Source: Planctomycetota bacterium (lineage in GTDB: Bacteria; Planctomycetota; UBA1135; UBA2386). Taken from it: 64,000 bases of DNA. The DNA lies in contig JBKAGP010000001.1 in NCBI GenBank assembly GCA_046290465.1, forward strand, positions 2,464,001 through 2,528,000, in the 5' to 3' direction. Below are positions 51,062-61,149 of this stretch, piece by piece; the stretch's first letter is position 1, and every line of letters begins with the position of its first letter. The position numbers were made by a program, and so were the translations under genes. The notes below the pieces were generated by a model. That model saw only the letters and a list, made by a program, of their open reading frames with translations. It was not told the DNA's origin and made no database searches.

Positions 51062-51150
51062 TGGTGCCCAGGAGAGGACTTGAACCTCCAATCCCCGTTA
51101 GGAGAACTAGCACCTCAAGCTAGCGCGTCTGCCAATTCCGCCACCTGGGC
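51062..51150 (-). tRNA. tRNA-Leu (GAG)
   Basis: GCCCAGGTGGCGGAATTGGCAGACGC..CTAGC-TTGAGGT-GCTAG, long variable arm, GGTTCAAGTCC, ends CACCA. Confidence 0.97.
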
Positions 51151-51281
51151 GTCCAGCGAGGGCCGAAGACCATATCGGCTCGGATACGGTTTTCAAGCCT
51201 CCTGCATCGGCCATCGGGCGCCCTGGATCGAGGGCGCTCGGAGCCGGGCGTCGGCCGGCCCCGAGCGCATCCGGAGCCGGT

Positions 51282-53432
51282 TCAGAAGTCGCCCATCAGG
51301 CGGAGCTGGTAGCGGATGAAGTTCTTCTCGAGTTCGAGCTGCAGGGCGGCGCCCTTGAACATCTGGCTGATGCCGCGCATCTGCTCGAGCGCCTGCCGAT
51401 CCTCCGCCGAGAAGTTGGTGCGCTCCTTGGTCCACTTCTCGCGCAGGTAGGCCACGACCTTCTGATCGAACTCGCCGTTCTGCTGGGTCAGGTTGCGCGG
51501 CATGCTCGCCTTGCTCGGGTACTGCGGGTAGTGCTTGCGGCGCACGTAGTCCTCGGCGGTCGGCCGCGTCAGCATCATCCACTCGGGGTCGGGCTGGGCG
51601 CTGCTCGAGTCCGCGAACGCCAGGTAGTCGTCGAGCACCGGCTGCATCTGCTCGCCGTCGACCCACAGCAGGCCACTCAGCACCGGCGCGAGCTCCTGCT
51701 CGACCCGTGAGAAGTGCTCGAGGTCGCGGATCGAACGCTTGCCGGACTGCGCGCCGTAGCGCGTGCGCAGGATGTCGCGGATCAGCGGTCCCGAGTTCGA
51801 GACGACGAAGAAGTCGCCGAACTGGATCATCGCGATCTGGCCGGTCGCCGGGATCTGCGGGTTGCAGAACTCGCTGACGCGCTCGCTGAAGTTGCGGGTC
51901 TGGCCGTCGGCGCCGGCGACGTACGGCACCGACAGGTAGTAGACCTTGCGGAAGCCGAAGCTGGTGTAGTAGTCGCGCAGCATCTTCGACAGCGACTCGA
52001 CCAGCTGGGCGCCGCCGGGACGCAGCCAGAACACCCACGCGACCTGCGGCATCGGCGACTTCGCCGCGACCGGCACCATCAGCTCGCCGGTCTCCTTGTC
52101 GCGCGACGTGTCCGGGATGTTTCGCCGGAACACGAAGCCCGTGCGCGGCAGGAACGCGATGCGGATCCGTTCGATCAGGTCGTTGGCGTCGGTGACCTGC
52201 TGGCCGCTGAAGCTCGACCGCCGCAGCGCGTCGTTGATCAGGCTCTTCTCGTCCTGCTCGAGCGCGTCGAACATCGCGTGCAGGAACTCGCCGGACGGCA
52301 TGCGCAGCGCGGCGGCGGCGCAGGCGTCGTCGGGCACCATGCTGAGGAACGGATCGAGCCAGTCCTCGCGGCGCTGCTTCTCGGCCGTGTAGAAGCTGTC
52401 CTGGAACGGCGTGTGCTGGCGGCTGTTGAGGCCGAGCTGGCCGGTCGCGCCGAGGAAGCCGTTCTCGAACATCAGGCCGCCGGTCACCTGCTGCCAGCCC
52501 TTCAGGTTGAGGAAGCTGGCCAGCACGCGCTCGTTCATGCTGTCGCGATTCTGCGGGTTCGGCCAGCCGGCCGCGAAGCGACGGAAGCCGTCGTAGGCGT
52601 TCGGCTCGACCAGGAACTCGAGCACGTTGGGATCGTCGACGTCGTTGCGCACCGACCACTCCTCGATGCGCGCCAGCGCGCCGTCCGTGTACGCCGGCTG
52701 CTGGCCGATCGGTTCGACGTCGCGGCTGCCGTCGATCAGCTGCTGCGACTCGTCGAGCAGCACGGTGTTGTTGGCGATCATCAACAGATCGAGGTAGCGC
52801 CGGATGTAGACCGCCTGGCCGTTGGGCGGCGTGACCACCATCACGTCTTCCTCGGTGGTCAGCTTCATGCCCTGCTCCTCGAGCATGCCCTGCACGAAGC
52901 CGAAGCCGGCCAGGCCGTGCAGCATCTTGACCCGCCAGTTGACGCGCGCGTAGACGCACCACTGCGGCTCGGCCAGCGGTCGCGCCGGCTGCACCGAGTA
53001 GTCCTGGTTGTAGCCGGCGACGATCACCTCCTCGCCGATCACGTCGCGCATGATGTCGAGGAAGCCGCCCGAGTCGGCCGCGATCTTCTCGAACTGCGCG
53101 CGCGCGTTCTCGATCGCCCGGTCGTGCCCGTTCTGGAAGAAGCTCTGGCCGAGGCTGCCGTCGCGCACCGCCTGGAAGCCGCGCGAATCGGTCATCGCGA
53201 GCCAGAACTTCGGCTGCGGGAACGGATCGAAGTCCTCGCTGAGGTTCTCCTTGCGCACGAAGAAGTTGACGCCACGCGGGACCGCGTCCCGCAGCGACGG
53301 CAGCGAGCCCTCGAACGGGTTGTAGATGAACGCCGAGACGAACATCAGCAGGAACACGATCAGTCCGACGACGGACAGCAACAACGTGCGCCAGATGCGA
53401 CGCTTCTTGGTCTTGGGCTTCGACTTGGCCAT
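51282..53432 (-). CDS. Hypothetical 716-aa membrane-anchored periplasmic protein
   Basis: Basic N-terminus plus TM helix; long ORF with host-like codon use. Confidence 0.8.
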   Translation of the reverse strand: MAKSKPKTKKRRIWRTLLLSVVGLIVFLLMFVSAFIYNPFEGSLPSLRDAVPRGVNFFVRKENLSEDFDPFPQPKFWLAMTDSRGFQAVRDGSLGQSFFQNGHDRAIENARAQFEKIAADSGGFLDIMRDVIGEEVIVAGYNQDYSVQPARPLAEPQWCVYARVNWRVKMLHGLAGFGFVQGMLEEQGMKLTTEEDVMVVTPPNGQAVYIRRYLDLLMIANNTVLLDESQQLIDGSRDVEPIGQQPAYTDGALARIEEWSVRNDVDDPNVLEFLVEPNAYDGFRRFAAGWPNPQNRDSMNERVLASFLNLKGWQQVTGGLMFENGFLGATGQLGLNSRQHTPFQDSFYTAEKQRREDWLDPFLSMVPDDACAAAALRMPSGEFLHAMFDALEQDEKSLINDALRRSSFSGQQVTDANDLIERIRIAFLPRTGFVFRRNIPDTSRDKETGELMVPVAAKSPMPQVAWVFWLRPGGAQLVESLSKMLRDYYTSFGFRKVYYLSVPYVAGADGQTRNFSERVSEFCNPQIPATGQIAMIQFGDFFVVSNSGPLIRDILRTRYGAQSGKRSIRDLEHFSRVEQELAPVLSGLLWVDGEQMQPVLDDYLAFADSSSAQPDPEWMMLTRPTAEDYVRRKHYPQYPSKASMPRNLTQQNGEFDQKVVAYLREKWTKERTNFSAEDRQALEQMRGISQMFKGAALQLELEKNFIRYQLRLMGDF

Positions 53433-53571
53433 TCCGCGGAGCAGCGTAGCGAACGGGTGCAGGTGGCTGCACGGCCGTTCTGGTGGATGACGTCAGCCGG
53501 CTTGGACGGACCGTCCGGTGAGACCTTCCCGCGGGTTTGCCTTGGCCCGGGCGGGCGGTTCTACTCCGTCC

Positions 53572-54759
53572 ATGACCGGCCTCGTCCCCAACGCACGTTC
53601 CCGTCGCATCGAGGCGTCGGCGACCCTCGCGATCACCGCCGAAGCCGCCCGCCTGAAGGCCGAGGGCCACGACGTGGTCTCGCTCGGCGCCGGCGAGCCG
53701 GACTTTCCGACGCCGGAGCCGATCGCCCGCGCCGGCATCGAGGCGATCGAACGTCACGACTATCGCTACACCGCCGCCGCCGGCACGCCGGCGCTGCGCA
53801 AGGCCGGCGCCGCCTGGCTCGGCGAGCAGTTCGGCCTCGACTACGCAGCCGACGAGGTGATGGTCTCGTCCGGCGCCAAGGGCGCGCTGCACATGGCGCT
53901 CGACACGATCGTCGAGCCGGGGGACCGCGTCCTGATCCTGGCCCCCTACTGGGTCAGCTACCCGGCGCTGGTGACGATGGCCGACGGCGAGCCGTTCGTC
54001 GTCGCCGCGCTGCCGCAGCGCGGCTTCATCCACGACGAGGCGACCCTCGAGAAGGCCGCCGCCGACAGCGGCGCCAGCGGCGTGATCGTCAACTGGCCCA
54101 ACAACCCGTCCGGCGCAGTGCCGTCCCGGCACGACGTGCAGGCGCTGGTCGACCTGTGCGCCCGCCGCGACATGTGGATCGTGTCCGACGAGATCTACGC
54201 GACGCTGCTCTACGACGGCGCGCAGCACATCTCGCCGGCCAACGTGCCGGGCGGCCGCGAACGCACCGTCGTGGTCAGCGGCTTCACCAAGAGCCACACG
54301 CTGACCGGTTGGCGCACCAGCTTCATGGCCGGCCCCAAGGACGTGATCGCGGCCGCCGGCCGCATCCAGAGCCAGGTGCTCGGCAACCCGTGCACGATCA
54401 GCCAGGCGGCGATGCAGAAGGCCTGCGAGCTGCCGCTGCCCGACGACCAGGCGACCCGCATGCAGGCGTTCGGCGAGCGCCGCGCGTTCTTGCTCGAGCG
54501 CATCAATGCGATCCCGGGCATGTCGCTCGCGCCGCCGAAGGGCGCCTTCTACGCGCTGATCGACATCCGGCCAATCTGCGAGCAGCGCGGCATCGACGAC
54601 TTCACCGTGTGCCGGCAGCTGCTCGAGCAGCAGCACCTGGCGCTGGTTCCCGGCAGCGCGTTCGCGGCGCCGGGCTTCATCCGGGCCAGCTACGCGGCGT
54701 CGCTGGAGACGCTGCAGAAGGCCGTCGAACGTCTCGAGAAGTGGGTGCAGGGCGCGTGA
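53572..54759 (+). CDS. PLP-dependent class I aminotransferase (aspartate aminotransferase-like)
   Basis: GEPDF, GAKG, PYWVSY, NNPSG, SDEIY, TKSHTLTGWR, GAFY. Confidence 0.93.
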   Translation: MTGLVPNARSRRIEASATLAITAEAARLKAEGHDVVSLGAGEPDFPTPEPIARAGIEAIERHDYRYTAAAGTPALRKAGAAWLGEQFGLDYAADEVMVSSGAKGALHMALDTIVEPGDRVLILAPYWVSYPALVTMADGEPFVVAALPQRGFIHDEATLEKAAADSGASGVIVNWPNNPSGAVPSRHDVQALVDLCARRDMWIVSDEIYATLLYDGAQHISPANVPGGRERTVVVSGFTKSHTLTGWRTSFMAGPKDVIAAAGRIQSQVLGNPCTISQAAMQKACELPLPDDQATRMQAFGERRAFLLERINAIPGMSLAPPKGAFYALIDIRPICEQRGIDDFTVCRQLLEQQHLALVPGSAFAAPGFIRASYAASLETLQKAVERLEKWVQGA

Positions 54760-55856
54760 ACCACGACGAACAGAAGCAGCAGATCGTGCTCGCCGGCAAC
54801 CTCGGCGAACTGGAAGGGGACCGTGAGTACGACGCGTTCGCGCGGCTGCAGTCGGTCAAGGAGTTCGAGACCAAGACCGGCAAGCCGTTCCTGGTGCTCG
54901 ACCTCGCCGACCTGCACAGCGCGGTCTCGGGCAAGATCTGGTCCGACGCCGAGGACGCGATGGAGGCGGCGCGTGCGGCGACGCCCGGCTGCTTCGTCAA
55001 GGTGCGCGGCCGCACCCAGGTCTACCAGGGCAACCTGCAGCTGATCGTCAGCCACCTCAAGATCATCACCGCCGACGAGGCCCCGAAGGGCTTCGATCCG
55101 GACCAGCTGATCGACCCCGCGCTCGCGAACGTCGAGGACCTGATCTGCCGCACGCTGGTGTTCGACATCGAGACCGTGCCGGCGCTGGATCGGCGCGAGC
55201 TGCCGTCGACGGTGGCCGAGGCGCTGTCCGACAACGCCGCCAAGAAGGAGATGGACACGTCCGCGGTGATGGGCATGTCGCCGTTCTTCGGCAAGGTCGT
55301 GTCGCTGGCGATCGGCGACGGCGACGCCGAGCCCGGCAGCGGCGACGACGAGGTCACCGTGCTGGCGGTGCCGCCGGACGGCTTCGAGGAGCCCGAGGGC
55401 GGCGTGCCCGACTACGTGCGGCTGATGAGCGAGGAAGAACTGCTGCGCGCGTTCTGGGCGCTCGCCTCCAAGGCCGAGTGCGTGGTCTCGTACAACGGCC
55501 GCGGCTTCGACGTCCCGTTCGTGGTCACGCGCAGCCTGATCCACGGCATCCCCGCGCGCGTCGACCTGGTCAGCGGCCGGTTCTCGCTGCGCCCCCACCT
55601 CGACCTGTTCGAACTGGTCAGCCAGCGAGGCCGCGGCCCGAGCAAGCTCGACGTGGTCTGCTGGGCGCTCGGCATCGAGAGCCCGAAGGAGGTCATGGAC
55701 GGCTCCATGGTCGCCCCGGCCTACGCCCGCGGCGAGATCCTGAAGATCGCCGAATACAACGCCCACGACGTTCGCGCCACCAGCGCCGTCTACCGCAAGT
55801 GCCGCGACCTGATCCTGCGCTTCCGTTCCGACTGGGCCCCCACCCGCCGAAAGTAG
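54756..55856 (+). CDS. OB-fold plus DEDDy 3'-5' exonuclease (PolB-exo-like) fusion
   Basis: N-terminal TKTGKPFLVLDLAD..GKIW..FVKVRG..YQGNLQL; exo motifs FDIET, YNGRGFD, EYNAHD. Confidence 0.82.
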   Translation: MNHDEQKQQIVLAGNLGELEGDREYDAFARLQSVKEFETKTGKPFLVLDLADLHSAVSGKIWSDAEDAMEAARAATPGCFVKVRGRTQVYQGNLQLIVSHLKIITADEAPKGFDPDQLIDPALANVEDLICRTLVFDIETVPALDRRELPSTVAEALSDNAAKKEMDTSAVMGMSPFFGKVVSLAIGDGDAEPGSGDDEVTVLAVPPDGFEEPEGGVPDYVRLMSEEELLRAFWALASKAECVVSYNGRGFDVPFVVTRSLIHGIPARVDLVSGRFSLRPHLDLFELVSQRGRGPSKLDVVCWALGIESPKEVMDGSMVAPAYARGEILKIAEYNAHDVRATSAVYRKCRDLILRFRSDWAPTRRK

Positions 55857-55871
55857 CGGTACGCTACTTTC
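55849..55871. terminator. Hairpin overlapping two convergent stop codons
   Basis: GAAAGTAGCG-GTA-CGCTACTTTC. Confidence 0.6.
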
Positions 55872-57213
55872 AGAGGACCAGGGCGTTGCGGCAGCCGGGG
55901 GGCAGGGCGTCGAGGCAGAGCTGCTGGAGCTTGCGGCGCTTGTGCTTGTCCTCGAGGGAGGTGAACACGAACAGCTTCCACATGCGCGGGTAGCTGTCGG
56001 CCAGGTCGCGCAGGCGCGGGATGTCGTCGACGAACGCGTCGAGCGGCAGCGTGCGTTCGCCACTCCCGGGGAAGCGCACCAGCGTGCGCGCCTCCTTCAG
56101 CTGCATCTTCCGCTTGGGGCAGTAGAGCAGGATGTCGACGTCCTCACCGAGCAGCTGCCGCGCCTGCTGCTCCATGCGCTGCTCCCACGCGAACCGCTCC
56201 TCCTGGCGCCCCGGGGCGAAGTAGGTCTCGACCAGCTCGTCCTGCACGTCGCGGTTCTGCGCGTACGGCAGCGCCAGCACGCGCTTGGGCAGCGCACGCC
56301 GCCGGAACCGCGCGACGAACCGACGCAGGCGTTCGGTCGCGGCCGCATCGCCGAGGTCGACGTCGCCGAGCCGCACGACCAGCGACTCGTCGGTCATGCC
56401 CTGCAGCTCCTCCCCGGTCAGCGCGCCGGCGCGCATCGCCAGCTCGACCATGCGCGACAGGAGCGCGCCGGCGGCGACCTTGGCGTGGTGGTAGTAGACC
56501 CGTTCGCTGAAGTGGTAGCGGCACTCGAGCACGCGCAGCAACTCGCTGACGATGTCCTCGCGCAGCATGCCGTTCTTCTCGCAGTCGACGAACATCTCGC
56601 CGGTCCGGCGATCGATGCGGAAGTAGTCGACGACGCGCCGGTCGTAGCGCAGCTCGAGGCCGGTGTAGAGCGCGTCGCGTCGCAGGTAGTCGAGCAGGTC
56701 GGCGTCGATCGTGTCGCTGACGACCTGCCGCCAGAACGGCGGCACGGTGCGGCCGCGCCCGGTCAGCACCGCCAGCACGTCGTCGCGCAGCCCCTGCCGG
56801 TCGAGCTCTTCGCCGAGCTCGCTGTCGCCGAGCACCAGCTCGAAGCGCTCCGGCAGGTCGTGCCGCGGCAGCAGCCCGGTCTGGTCCTCGATGTTGTGGC
56901 CGTACGGGATGTGCGTGACGTCGTGCAGCAGCGCCGCCGCGCGCAGCACGCGCCGCTCTTCGTCGGTCACCCGATGGCAGCCGGCCGGATCGCGCGACGC
57001 GTTCTTGTTGCAGGCGTCGAGCAGCCGGTCGCAGACGTGCAGCGTGCCGATCGAATGCTCGAAGCGCGTGTGCACCGAGCCCGGGTAGACGAACGCCGCG
57101 CTGCCGAGCTGCTTGATGCCGCGCAGACGCTGGAACTCGGCCGTGTCGACGAGCCGCAGCTCGTCGCGGCTCAGCTCGATGTCGCCGTGGACGGGGTCGC
57201 GGAGGATGCTCAA
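55870..57213 (-). CDS. HD-domain phosphohydrolase (dNTPase/SAMHD1-like family)
   Basis: RDPVHG, FQRLRGIKQLG, HTRFEHSIG, LLHD, DADLLDYLRRD, VYYH. TTG start inferred. Confidence 0.88.
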   Translation of the reverse strand: MSILRDPVHGDIELSRDELRLVDTAEFQRLRGIKQLGSAAFVYPGSVHTRFEHSIGTLHVCDRLLDACNKNASRDPAGCHRVTDEERRVLRAAALLHDVTHIPYGHNIEDQTGLLPRHDLPERFELVLGDSELGEELDRQGLRDDVLAVLTGRGRTVPPFWRQVVSDTIDADLLDYLRRDALYTGLELRYDRRVVDYFRIDRRTGEMFVDCEKNGMLREDIVSELLRVLECRYHFSERVYYHHAKVAAGALLSRMVELAMRAGALTGEELQGMTDESLVVRLGDVDLGDAAATERLRRFVARFRRRALPKRVLALPYAQNRDVQDELVETYFAPGRQEERFAWEQRMEQQARQLLGEDVDILLYCPKRKMQLKEARTLVRFPGSGERTLPLDAFVDDIPRLRDLADSYPRMWKLFVFTSLEDKHKRRKLQQLCLDALPPGCRNALVL

Positions 57214-57254
57214 GCAACGCAGGCTAGCGCGCGCGGCAACCTCCGCAACACCAA

Positions 57255-60200
57255 CTAGAACCGGAACGGCAGCCGCAGGAAGCGCAGCTCGGGCAGTTCC
57301 TGGCCCGGCGTCAAGAACGGCGGCTGGGCCGCGCCCGGCCGGAACTGCAGGTCGAACGTCACGTCCCACATCACGTAGCGCGGCGCGCCGGCGTCGAGGT
57401 AGTCCGCGAGGTCCTGGTCAGACCAGTCGTAGAAGAACTCGCCCTCGCCCTGCGGGAACCGCTGCGAGGCCTGCGAACCGCCGGGGTCGCGGTGGAACGC
57501 GAACCCGATGCGCACGTTGCCGACCGGCACGCGCGGCTGGCCGACCGCGCCGTAGGTCGAGCCGAGCGATTCGGTGCCGTCGACCCGCACCTCGAAGAAC
57601 TTGGCGCGGATCTGCACGTCGGCAGCGGCCGCCGGCAGCGGTCCGCGCGACGCGTCCAGCCACAGCGTGTCGGCGTCGTGCGCCAGCACGCCGTAGCCCT
57701 GCAGCACGCCGCCCGACGCGTTGCGCAGCTCGGCTTCGTAGTGCACGTAGCGCGGCTCGTCGCCGAGCGCCGGCGCAGCCAGTTCGATGCGGTAGGCCGG
57801 CCGACCGAGATGGTTGGCCTGCGCGTCGACCGACGCGACCGGCACCGCCGCGACCACCGTCTGGTAGCGCGCCTCGACGTTGTTCTCACCGAGCGGCCCG
57901 TAGTCGACGTAGCCGTCCGGGCGCGTGCCCCCCCACTGGAACCGCGGACCGGCGACCGCTCCGCCGCTGGTGTCGAGGCCGCGCGGCGCGCCGTCGGGAC
58001 CGGGCAGCTCCCGCCGCTGGCTGCGGCCGGTGTCGATCCACTTCGAGCGCATGCGCGACTTCGCCTGGATCGTCGCCGGCAGCAGCACCGGCGCCGGCCG
58101 GATGTCACCCTCGACCTTGCCGATCTCGGTCAGGTTGCCGTCGTCGTCGCGGTAGTCGCCGGCGGCGTCCGGAAAGCCCTGCCACGCGATCAGCTGCTGC
58201 TTGGCGAGCCCGGTGATCGGGTTCTGCCAGTTCGATCCGGGCAGGAAGAACTCGATGTTGTCGTCGAGCACGGTGTTGGTGCCGTCGCCGTTGTCGCCGG
58301 GCGGCACCATCAGCTGCACCACGCCCATCCCGCCGAGGCCGCCCGACGGGTTGGTGTCGTAGCTGTTGCCCGAGATCATCTGCTGGCCGCTCTGCGGGTA
58401 CTTGCCCGCCACCTCGATACCGGTGCCGAAGCCCCCGACCCGGCCGACGCCGCCGTCCGCCGAGACCGCGAACGTGTAGTCGCGATCCTGGAACTGCGGG
58501 TTGCTCGGAGCGCCGTAGAGGTAGCGGTTGCTGCCCGAGTCGCCGTGCGCCTCGATCTGGATCGCCTTCGCCGACATCAGCACGACCATGCCGCCGGCGC
58601 CGCCGCCGCCGCCGCCCGCGTTGCCGCAGTTGCCGGCCTGTTCGCCGCCGCCGCCGTCGCCGCCGTCGGCGCTGATGCGACCGCTCGCCGCGATGCGGAT
58701 CTCCTCGAGCGCCTGCACGATCAGCACACCGCCGCCGCCGCCGCCACCGCCGCCGGAGAAGTCGGTGAACCACGGCTGGCCGTCCGGCGCGCAGGTGTCG
58801 CCACCGCCGCCACCACCGCCGCCGCCGGTCGGCACGTCGAGTTCGCCGGTGATGCGCAGCCGCCGGTTGAGGTCGATCGCGCTGCCCCAGAAGTTGTTGT
58901 CGACGCGCGAATCGGTGAACGCCAGGTCGCCCGGCAGCCCGCCGCCGAGGAACTGGTCGCGGTTGCCGGACGAGCCCGAGCAGCCCGAACCGCCGTAGCC
59001 ATAGATCTGCTGGAACGCGGTCTCCGCCGACGTCGCCGAGTTCGGCACGATCGTCTCGAACGCGGCCTGCGTGATGTTGAGCCAGTTGACGTCCCCCTGC
59101 GTCGCCATGCCGCCGCCACCGCCGCCGCTGCCGCCGCCGCTGCCGTTGTAGAACGTCGGCGAGGTGTTGGTGTAGCAGGCGAGGCTGCACGAGATCAGCC
59201 CGCCGCGACCGCCCCGGCCGGCCGCCTGGCCGCCGCCGCGACCGGCGGCGCCGGTCTGGTCGCGACCCGAACCGCTCGGCGAACCTTCGCCGCCGTTGCC
59301 GCCGCCGCACGAACCGACGCCGCCGGCCTTGGCGAAGTTGGCCGCACGCAGCGTGTCGACGCGCGCGCCGTCGCCGCCGTCGACGGTCAGCGTGCCCTCG
59401 ACCGTGAAGCGGCCGCTGCAGCGCCAGATCATCGGGTTGGGCCCCTGACCGACGACGCGCACCCCCTGCGGGATGGTCACGTCGCGGAACCGGAACACGC
59501 CGCCGTTGACGGTGAACGGCAGCCCGTTCTCCGGCACGACCTGCGTGAACGAAGTGTTGAGCACGACCTCGTTGGCGAGCGGTCGGTAGTCGAGCGTGGT
59601 GCCGTTGCCGCCGAAGTCGAAGCCCGCCCGCAGGAAGCCGGCGCCGACCTGCGCGACCGACTCGGGGAACACCGCGCCGAAGTCGATGTTCCGCAGGTCG
59701 CGGAAGTCCTCGACGATCGCGTTCCACTGCTGCCGGTAGGCGCCGCTGGTCCGGAACGTGCCGAACACGCGCTGGTAGGCGCCGTTGTCGAGGTTGTTCT
59801 CACCGGCGATGTCCTCGACCGTCGGTTCGACCACGACGCGGATCTCGGCGTTGTTGGGCAACACGCCGACCGGCTCGAGCGCGACCGTCGCGCCGTCGAG
59901 GTCGTTGCGCTCGATCGTGACGAGCGCCGGGATCCACGTGAAGTCCTCGGGGTCGGACGGGTCGTCCAGCTCCGGATCCTTGTACTCCATGTAGATGCGG
60001 CCGCGGTCGGCCTCGTCGCGCACCAACGGGTCGTTGTCGAGCGCGACCGGGATGTTGGCCGAACGCGGGTTGAGCGCCTGGTCGAACGACAGCCGCACCT
60101 GCACCGGCGGCGACCCCATCAGACCGAGTGGCACGTCTTCGAGCGACGTCGCGGTGCTGACGTCGAAGCCGACGCGGACCGGGCCCCCGGCCTTCGGGTT

Positions 60201-60725
60201 GCGGAACAGCTGCGCCGGCTGGGTGCCGTCGACGGTGTCGAAGCCGATCGTCGCCGGTCGCTCGAGGCCGCGGCCATTGGTCGACCGCAGCTCGGTGCCG
60301 TTCTGTTCCTTGCCGCCGACCAGCTGCACGCGGTAGCGCGCCCCGGGCCGGAAGCCGCCGTTGTTGAGGTCCTCGTTGTCGGGGTAGCTCGGCACGAACA
60401 GCAGCCGCCGTCCGGGCTCGGCGTCGCCGGTCCGGGTGCCGACCTGGAACGTGCCGGTCACGAACTGCGTCGTCGGCAGGCCGGTCTCGTCGAGCACCGC
60501 GAACGACACCGTGCTCAGGTTGGCCGAGTCGAGGTCGACCGGCTCGGTGAAGTCGAACGCGATCGGATCGTTGAGGTAGATCGTCGCGCCGTCCGTCGGC
60601 TCGGTCGCGTCGAGCACGAAGTCGCCGCCGGCGCGGCCCTCACCCACTCCTCCACCGCCTCCGCCACCGCACGCGGCGAACAGCAGCAACGACGACCCCA
60701 CCAGTACACAACGGTCCCACGCCAT
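57255..60725 (-). CDS. Large Gly-rich surface lipoprotein with N-terminal Ig-like domains
   Basis: FAAC lipobox followed by poly-Gly; Ig-like TEPTDG..FTEPVD; several GGGGG blocks; ends RLPFRF. Confidence 0.8.
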   Translation of the reverse strand: MAWDRCVLVGSSLLLFAACGGGGGGGVGEGRAGGDFVLDATEPTDGATIYLNDPIAFDFTEPVDLDSANLSTVSFAVLDETGLPTTQFVTGTFQVGTRTGDAEPGRRLLFVPSYPDNEDLNNGGFRPGARYRVQLVGGKEQNGTELRSTNGRGLERPATIGFDTVDGTQPAQLFRNPKAGGPVRVGFDVSTATSLEDVPLGLMGSPPVQVRLSFDQALNPRSANIPVALDNDPLVRDEADRGRIYMEYKDPELDDPSDPEDFTWIPALVTIERNDLDGATVALEPVGVLPNNAEIRVVVEPTVEDIAGENNLDNGAYQRVFGTFRTSGAYRQQWNAIVEDFRDLRNIDFGAVFPESVAQVGAGFLRAGFDFGGNGTTLDYRPLANEVVLNTSFTQVVPENGLPFTVNGGVFRFRDVTIPQGVRVVGQGPNPMIWRCSGRFTVEGTLTVDGGDGARVDTLRAANFAKAGGVGSCGGGNGGEGSPSGSGRDQTGAAGRGGGQAAGRGGRGGLISCSLACYTNTSPTFYNGSGGGSGGGGGGMATQGDVNWLNITQAAFETIVPNSATSAETAFQQIYGYGGSGCSGSSGNRDQFLGGGLPGDLAFTDSRVDNNFWGSAIDLNRRLRITGELDVPTGGGGGGGGGDTCAPDGQPWFTDFSGGGGGGGGGVLIVQALEEIRIAASGRISADGGDGGGGEQAGNCGNAGGGGGGAGGMVVLMSAKAIQIEAHGDSGSNRYLYGAPSNPQFQDRDYTFAVSADGGVGRVGGFGTGIEVAGKYPQSGQQMISGNSYDTNPSGGLGGMGVVQLMVPPGDNGDGTNTVLDDNIEFFLPGSNWQNPITGLAKQQLIAWQGFPDAAGDYRDDDGNLTEIGKVEGDIRPAPVLLPATIQAKSRMRSKWIDTGRSQRRELPGPDGAPRGLDTSGGAVAGPRFQWGGTRPDGYVDYGPLGENNVEARYQTVVAAVPVASVDAQANHLGRPAYRIELAAPALGDEPRYVHYEAELRNASGGVLQGYGVLAHDADTLWLDASRGPLPAAAADVQIRAKFFEVRVDGTESLGSTYGAVGQPRVPVGNVRIGFAFHRDPGGSQASQRFPQGEGEFFYDWSDQDLADYLDAGAPRYVMWDVTFDLQFRPGAAQPPFLTPGQELPELRFLRLPFRF

Positions 60726-60971
60726 GGTCCGACCTCTCATCTTCTGGCGCCGACCATCCGGCGCTGTCCTGACCTATGCGCGCGTTGCCGAGTCGGTAAC
60801 CAACGGAGCGGATGCGCACACCGGGAGCGCGGGATGACACGCCCCACCGACCCGCCTGCACGCCGTCTCATCCGGGGATCCGACGGGCCCCCGATGCCAC
60901 CGACGCATGCGACCAAGGCCGTTGCTTCGCCGCGGCTTGCGCCGACCTCGGCCCTTGCGGGCTTGTATAGT

Positions 60972-61068
60972 TGCGTGGTGCGGCGCGCTCTCCCGTGCGC
61001 CGCATGCCTCGTGTGGCTTCGTTGTGTGGTGGGGGGATCGGACCTGCGAGGGTCCGGTCCCCACTTTT
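60972..61068 (+). ncRNA. Candidate small RNA
   Basis: TATAGT at 60966-60971, hairpin 60979-61004, terminator-like hairpin 61033-61062 followed by TTTT; no plus-strand gene upstream. Confidence 0.35.
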
Positions 61069-61149
61069 CTCGGGGTCGGCCCCGACGCGTCGCTAGCGGG
61101 CAAAGCCCCGTCCGCACGCGTACACGCCGCTTCCGCGATCACGGTTGGC

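Noticed and set aside
61095..61116. GGGCAAAGCCC as a cyclic di-GMP-I riboswitch fragment
   Set aside because: Second stem and tetraloop/receptor not evident, and wrong orientation for the flanking genes.
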